Positions 59,876 to 64,000 of a stretch of DNA of 64,000 bases are shown one piece after another. This DNA comes from a virus (Duplodnaviria; Caudoviricetes), in the IMG/VR virus record IMGVR_UViG_3300013105_000022, positions 1 through 64,000 of that record, one strand, 5' to 3'. The position numbers and the translations under genes were made by a program. A model generated the notes under the pieces. The model saw only the letters and a program-made list of their open reading frames with translations, did no database searches and was not told the origin of the DNA. The stretch's first letter is position 1. Each line of letters starts with the position of its first letter.

Positions 59876-60482
59876 TGCCGTACTTCTCCTTTGCCCATTC
59901 GCGGCCATCGTAGACCTTGACGCCAAACTGTTCCAGGTCCTCAGTCACGTACTCATCACGCTCGGGGTGAACGGATGCGGTGAAGTCCTTGATAACGTTC
60001 ACCTTGAACCCCGCCTGAGCGAGGTCCTTTGCCGTGTGGAAGACACAGTAGTCGTAAGCGATTCCCACGACATCCACCGTGTCTACGTCGAAGTACTTCA
60101 GCGCCTCTACGAGTCCTACACCGTGAGAGTTCTTGCCCTCAGCGCCACTGTAAGCCGCCTCGTACTGCCCCTTCATGAAAACCCGCTCGCGGACATCATC
60201 CTGGTCATCCAGATCGATCAGAGGAGCGGCGAAGCTTGCTCCATCCGATCCAGCGACACAGTGGACGGGCCAAGAGTCCTGATAGTCAGGCTCATCCGAG
60301 AAGTGGCTACCGGGCTGGATGTGCCAGTCGGCGGTAAAAAGGACCAAGTGGCCCTGAAGTTCGAACACGGGGATCACTGCGGCGGCGAGGTTGTCAGCTA
60401 CCTGCTGACCTCCTGCGACGGCAAGCGAACCGCCCTCCACGAAGTCTTTCTGTACATCTACTACTACAAGTGCATTGGTCAT
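59868..60482 (-). CDS. pncA: Nicotinamidase
   Basis: VVDVQKDF, DWH..HF, WPVHCV, KG..YSG, GIAYDYCV. Confidence 0.92.
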   Translation of the reverse strand: MTNALVVVDVQKDFVEGGSLAVAGGQQVADNLAAAVIPVFELQGHLVLFTADWHIQPGSHFSDEPDYQDSWPVHCVAGSDGASFAAPLIDLDDQDDVRERVFMKGQYEAAYSGAEGKNSHGVGLVEALKYFDVDTVDVVGIAYDYCVFHTAKDLAQAGFKVNVIKDFTASVHPERDEYVTEDLEQFGVKVYDGREWAKEKYGND

Positions 60483-60518
60483 GTCTTAATCCTAGGTGAA
60501 GGGTGGTTCGCTGTCAAA

Positions 60519-61316
60519 TCAGCGGAGGGCGTTGAACTTGGCGGGGATGGCAGGCTTCCACTTGGGTGCCTTCTTCTCCACGGCCTCGCGCATGGCCTTA
60601 CCGGCAGGGTGGTTGGTCATCGACTTCTGACGGTTGTACGCCTTCTGCCACTCCCACCAACCCCATACCGAGGCAATGCCGAACACCAACTGCTGGATGG
60701 CGGCGAAGTACAGACCGCTCGTGAAGTACAGAACGGTACCGGCGAGGTTCACACCGATGATCCAGACCCACCAGTTCTCCAGCTTCTTGCGGTCGAGCAT
60801 GAACTGTGCCAGAAGGGTGAAGACGAGGATGGCGCTGTCCCAGAATGCGAAGGTACCGCCGAGAAGGGAGACACCAAGCACTGCTCCACCGTATGCGGCG
60901 GCAGTGACCAGGAGGTACAGAGGGATCAGCTTCGGCTTGATGTGCTCAACCTGGAGCTTCGGCTTGGAGTCCTTACCCCACATTGAGAAACCTACGAAGA
61001 GTGCGATAGCGAGGTATGCCGACAGGAAGGCGGAAGCCAGAAGGTTTGCCTGAAGGTAAGTAACGATGAACAGGGCGGATGCGGCGGCACCGATCATGTA
61101 GAACCAGCGGCGGCGCTTCACCGAGAGGTAGAAGCTGGCATAGTTAAGTGCCGTCGCTCCGACCTCGAATCCATTCAGAGTGGTGATCCACCCCGCCCAC
61201 GTGGCGATGAGGAAGCTGAGAACGGTCGCGACAATCGAGATGATCGCCGCCTGTACGAAGTCATTCTTGAGGAACGACGGCACTCTCGTCAGTGCGGGAA
61301 GGTAGGGAATAGTCAT
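60519..61316 (-). CDS. pnuC: Nicotinamide riboside transporter
   Basis: Multi-TM; WDS..L.AQFML.RKKLENWWVW, GWWEW. Confidence 0.88.
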   Translation of the reverse strand: MTIPYLPALTRVPSFLKNDFVQAAIISIVATVLSFLIATWAGWITTLNGFEVGATALNYASFYLSVKRRRWFYMIGAAASALFIVTYLQANLLASAFLSAYLAIALFVGFSMWGKDSKPKLQVEHIKPKLIPLYLLVTAAAYGGAVLGVSLLGGTFAFWDSAILVFTLLAQFMLDRKKLENWWVWIIGVNLAGTVLYFTSGLYFAAIQQLVFGIASVWGWWEWQKAYNRQKSMTNHPAGKAMREAVEKKAPKWKPAIPAKFNALR

Positions 61317-61353
61317 AACTCATGTATATACCCGAACCTGGGGTTTGTCAAGC

Positions 61354-61629
61354 TCAGTGCTTGCGATGCCAGTTCAGGTGGATAGCCACGTCATGGATCA
61401 ACAGACCACATTCCAGGCATCCCATCTCACCATTGTCACCCTCGCGGTCGATGAGACCCATCTGAATGGCGTCCTCGGTAATCTCCACATCTACGCGGAG
61501 CTTCCAGTACATCAGGGCAATCTCAGGCGTGTAGCCCTTGTGCTCTCCGAACCTGTCGTCAACGATCCAGTAGTACGGCTCGACATGGATGATTTCTGGA
61601 GTCGGGTATCCCCGGTAGGTATCGCTCAT
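61354..61629 (-). CDS. Hypothetical protein with C-terminal C2H2 Zn finger
   Basis: CLECG..HLNWH. Confidence 0.65.
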   Translation of the reverse strand: MSDTYRGYPTPEIIHVEPYYWIVDDRFGEHKGYTPEIALMYWKLRVDVEITEDAIQMGLIDREGDNGEMGCLECGLLIHDVAIHLNWHRKH

Positions 61630-61647
61630 ATGTCCAGTCTACTCACT

Positions 61648-62100
61648 TTACTTGTAGGATTCGCGGTAAGACAAAAGTTGCTTGATTCTTGATGGATCAT
61701 CACCCAGCAGACCTAGCGCCATATTGCACTGTCCGCATAGTACTCCGCGAAGCTCTTCGGTCTCGTGGTTATGGTCGAAGTGCTTCTTCCTGCCATCAAG
61801 ATCGCGACCGCAGGACGCACATTTTCCGTCTTGAGCATCCAAGATTGTCTGCATCGTCGTTCTGGGTACCCCTCTACGCTTCTCGTAAACGTAGTCATTT
61901 CGAACGGCACGACACTTATCGCACTTGCATCTGTAGTTCGACTGGAAAGAGATAGTACCGTGTCTAGGATCATCCGGATTCTCAACTGCGTATTTAGCAT
62001 TACGAACTCTGCGTGCTCTAGCTTCAGCGGCTACTACAGCCTTGCAGTCTGTGCATCGGCACTTGAGAGCCTTGTAAGCGTGAGCGGTTCCATGTTTCAT
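61648..62100 (-). CDS. Endonuclease VII-type homing endonuclease
   Basis: QDGKCASC..FDHNHETEELRGVLCGQCNMALG; two N-terminal HGT..C.C..C repeats. Confidence 0.88.
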   Translation of the reverse strand: MKHGTAHAYKALKCRCTDCKAVVAAEARARRVRNAKYAVENPDDPRHGTISFQSNYRCKCDKCRAVRNDYVYEKRRGVPRTTMQTILDAQDGKCASCGRDLDGRKKHFDHNHETEELRGVLCGQCNMALGLLGDDPSRIKQLLSYRESYK

Positions 62101-62115
62101 AATTCATACTATCGC

Positions 62116-63327
62116 TCAGCGGACGAAGTTGGGTGCCATGACCATCAGAGACCCCACGAACTGCTCGGATTCGTGGTAGATGGGTGCTTGCTTGTTCTTC
62201 GTGGACTCACCCAGTCGAAGCTCAATCTCGCGTCCCTGTACACAGGACAGGAACTCCAGAAGGTAGCGGTGGTTCAGCGCAAGTTCCTTCTGAGTGGCAG
62301 GGCCAATGTACTCTGCGGCGATGCTTTCCTGAGAAGCGTTCCCGTTACGGTCCCTTGCGCGCACGAGCACAGTCCACTCGCCCTTAGTCTGTCGCACGGA
62401 CAGGAACAGAGCAGAGTACTCCGGATCAGCGTTGACTCGCACGCGCTTGATAGCAGAAATGAGTTCTTCACGGTTCACGATCAGCTTCTCCTCATTCTGG
62501 AGAGCAGGACCAAGCACAAGGTGATTCACGGCAGGGAACTCGAAGTTCAGTCGCTGAGTGTACAACCGAGTGTCACCAAGAGACAGCGATACTGTCGAGT
62601 GGCTGGATCGAATCTGAACCGTAGGCTCGCTGGAAGCTCGAAGCTCCTTGATAGCCGTCTCGATGAACCTCAGCGGAAAAGTGGACTTGAAGAGCTTGTC
62701 CAGGGATGGCACCGTGACCTTGTGAGCGCGCACGCCATCGCATGCAGTGATCTGAGACTTGGAGACCTCAGCCTGCATCAGGGACTGTCGCGCGGTCGTG
62801 CGAGCTACGGCAGGAAGAACAAGCTCCAACGCATTCAGAAGCTCATCTCGATCTACGTCAGAGACTTCCCACTGCGTGTCGTCGTCCGGAGTGAAGACCG
62901 GCAGGTTAGCTTCGACGGGAGGAGTGTTCACAGTCCATACAGCGCGACCAGAGCGCACAGTGGCCGTTCTGCCAATGACATCGATACGGACGGTGTTTTC
63001 AGGAGCTAGCTTGAGGATATCAAGCATGCGCTTGCCAGGAAGAAGAACATCACCGGACATACGTACTACGGCAGGACCCACCACTGTGATGGCACGTTCG
63101 CCATCAGTGGCAGATACTTCAACGGTATTCTTGCCATCGAATGCCTCTAGGAGCACATATGTCGTGTTCGGAATGACTTCCTTGGCCGGAGTCACTTCCA
63201 CAGCGCTGGAGAACAGAGCCACGAGGCTATATGCCTGTGCAGAGAACGAAAGACGAGCATCTACCGGAAGAATCTCCGGAACTAGCTCGTCTTCTCGCTC
63301 TGACAGATCAAGAAGATCGGTCATCAT
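62116..63327 (-). CDS. dnaN: DNA polymerase III beta sliding clamp
   Basis: ATDGE, ACDGVR, FP....L, LNHRYLLEFL, terminal LMVMAP; three-domain size. Confidence 0.85.
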   Translation of the reverse strand: MMTDLLDLSEREDELVPEILPVDARLSFSAQAYSLVALFSSAVEVTPAKEVIPNTTYVLLEAFDGKNTVEVSATDGERAITVVGPAVVRMSGDVLLPGKRMLDILKLAPENTVRIDVIGRTATVRSGRAVWTVNTPPVEANLPVFTPDDDTQWEVSDVDRDELLNALELVLPAVARTTARQSLMQAEVSKSQITACDGVRAHKVTVPSLDKLFKSTFPLRFIETAIKELRASSEPTVQIRSSHSTVSLSLGDTRLYTQRLNFEFPAVNHLVLGPALQNEEKLIVNREELISAIKRVRVNADPEYSALFLSVRQTKGEWTVLVRARDRNGNASQESIAAEYIGPATQKELALNHRYLLEFLSCVQGREIELRLGESTKNKQAPIYHESEQFVGSLMVMAPNFVR

Positions 63328-63575
63328 GCCCCCAAGTCGTCAAGCGACTTCTCGGTGGCGGCGACCTTCTCCAGAAGCTTCTCCTCGAACTCAGCACGAA
63401 GAGAGATTGCTTGATCGACAGAGGAGATTCCGAACTCCTCCCTGAGGAGATTCTGAGCCTCTTCCTGCTCCGCCTGTGCGCGCTCGCGGAGGACATCGTT
63501 ACGTGCCTCTTCCTGAGAGGCCTTGGCGATCCGCGCCTTGATGTCAGCTAGTCGAGATTGGATGTCAGTGCTCAT
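63324..63575 (-). CDS. Coiled-coil hypothetical protein
   Basis: Leaderless after TAAACAT-N5; coupled to the clamp gene. Confidence 0.7.
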   Translation of the reverse strand: MSTDIQSRLADIKARIAKASQEEARNDVLRERAQAEQEEAQNLLREEFGISSVDQAISLRAEFEEKLLEKVAATEKSLDDLGA

Positions 63576-63601
63576 AGTCTATGTTTACGCCTCGGGGTGT
63601 C

Positions 63602-64000
63602 TCAGAACAAGTTGACGCGCTTGTTACCGTTGTTGCCGTTCACCGGCGTGAACCTGGAGCAAGCGTGCTTGACATTGCACCACGAGCATGCAGAGATAGG
63701 AGCATCCGGCTCGATGTTGTTGCGCCAGATGTCATCGGCCATCTGTAGGACGTGCGTCTCAAGGATGGTCCTGTCCTGGTCTCCCAGCGTGAACAGCTTC
63801 TGAGTCTCTTTGCAGAGAGGCTGAAGCAGACCTACCTCGAAGGTGGGAGATTCGAACATAACATCGACTGCAAGATCATAGAAGGACAGTTGCCCCTTGG
63901 TCTTCTTCCAGTAGTAGTTGTCCTTCGTGTGCTTCACGTCATAGACGGCCCACTGAGCCGGAAGCTCTAGAGTCTCCGGACGGCGCACGATGATGTCCAT
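63602..64000 (-). CDS. PD-(D/E)XK RecB/Cas4-like exonuclease (5'-truncated by window edge)
   Basis: DII..VYDVK..QLSFY, C-terminal CSWC....AC. Confidence 0.75.
   Translation of the reverse strand: MDIIVRRPETLELPAQWAVYDVKHTKDNYYWKKTKGQLSFYDLAVDVMFESPTFEVGLLQPLCKETQKLFTLGDQDRTILETHVLQMADDIWRNNIEPDAPISACSWCNVKHACSRFTPVNGNNGNKRVNLF

Noticed and set aside
55116-63445. Long + strand ORFs (57230, 58817, 59967, 61765, 62759)
   Set aside because: Antisense shadows of well-supported minus-strand genes.
1-64000. Genome-wide TAG recoding suggested by CUA tRNAs
   Set aside because: Recognisable genes are intact in code 11, and TAG ends genes at sensible positions.
63602-64000. CRISPR-associated cas4
   Set aside because: Stand-alone Cas4/RecB-like nucleases are common in phage replication modules; no array or cas1 here.

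Overview
A 64 kb segment of a large, probably lytic actinobacteriophage. A Microbacterium/Micrococcales-like host is inferred from gene content, leaderless genes and TTGACA-N17/18-TANNNT promoters. No structural, integrase or CRISPR genes are visible. (1) 1-18.2 kb is a + strand tRNA island with about 39 tRNA genes grouped by amino acid. It also holds a ~790 nt GOLLD RNA that carries a CUA (amber) tRNA in its linker, and a second CUA tRNA-like gene. Most inter-tRNA spacers hold short structured RNAs, including tRNA mimics without a normal anticodon: a circularly permuted YrlA-like fold, armless mini-tRNAs and a tmRNA-TLD-like mini tRNA-Ala. Four HNH genes, a phosphoesterase, an AAA ATPase and an endolysin are interspersed. 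(2) 18-55 kb holds >100 small early/accessory genes: ArdA-like, ParB-like, half SbcC, dNMP kinase, HicA-like, (p)ppGpp hydrolase, DUF6915-like, a GGQ release-factor domain and shuffled micro-protein modules. They are driven by two promoter classes, a sigma70-type class with a conserved TACCAACCAA leader and a leaderless class with a 7-nt GTAWAMAT-like box exactly 5 nt before +1. (3) 55-64 kb (- strand) holds a sortase-anchored stalk protein, a nucleotidase, a pnuC-pncA-nadR NAD salvage operon, an Endo VII nuclease, a beta clamp and a Cas4/RecB-like nuclease. The best candidate for an undescribed system is the tRNA-punctuated array of tRNA-mimic and structured RNAs. All RNA folds and family calls were made by eye; no searches were run.
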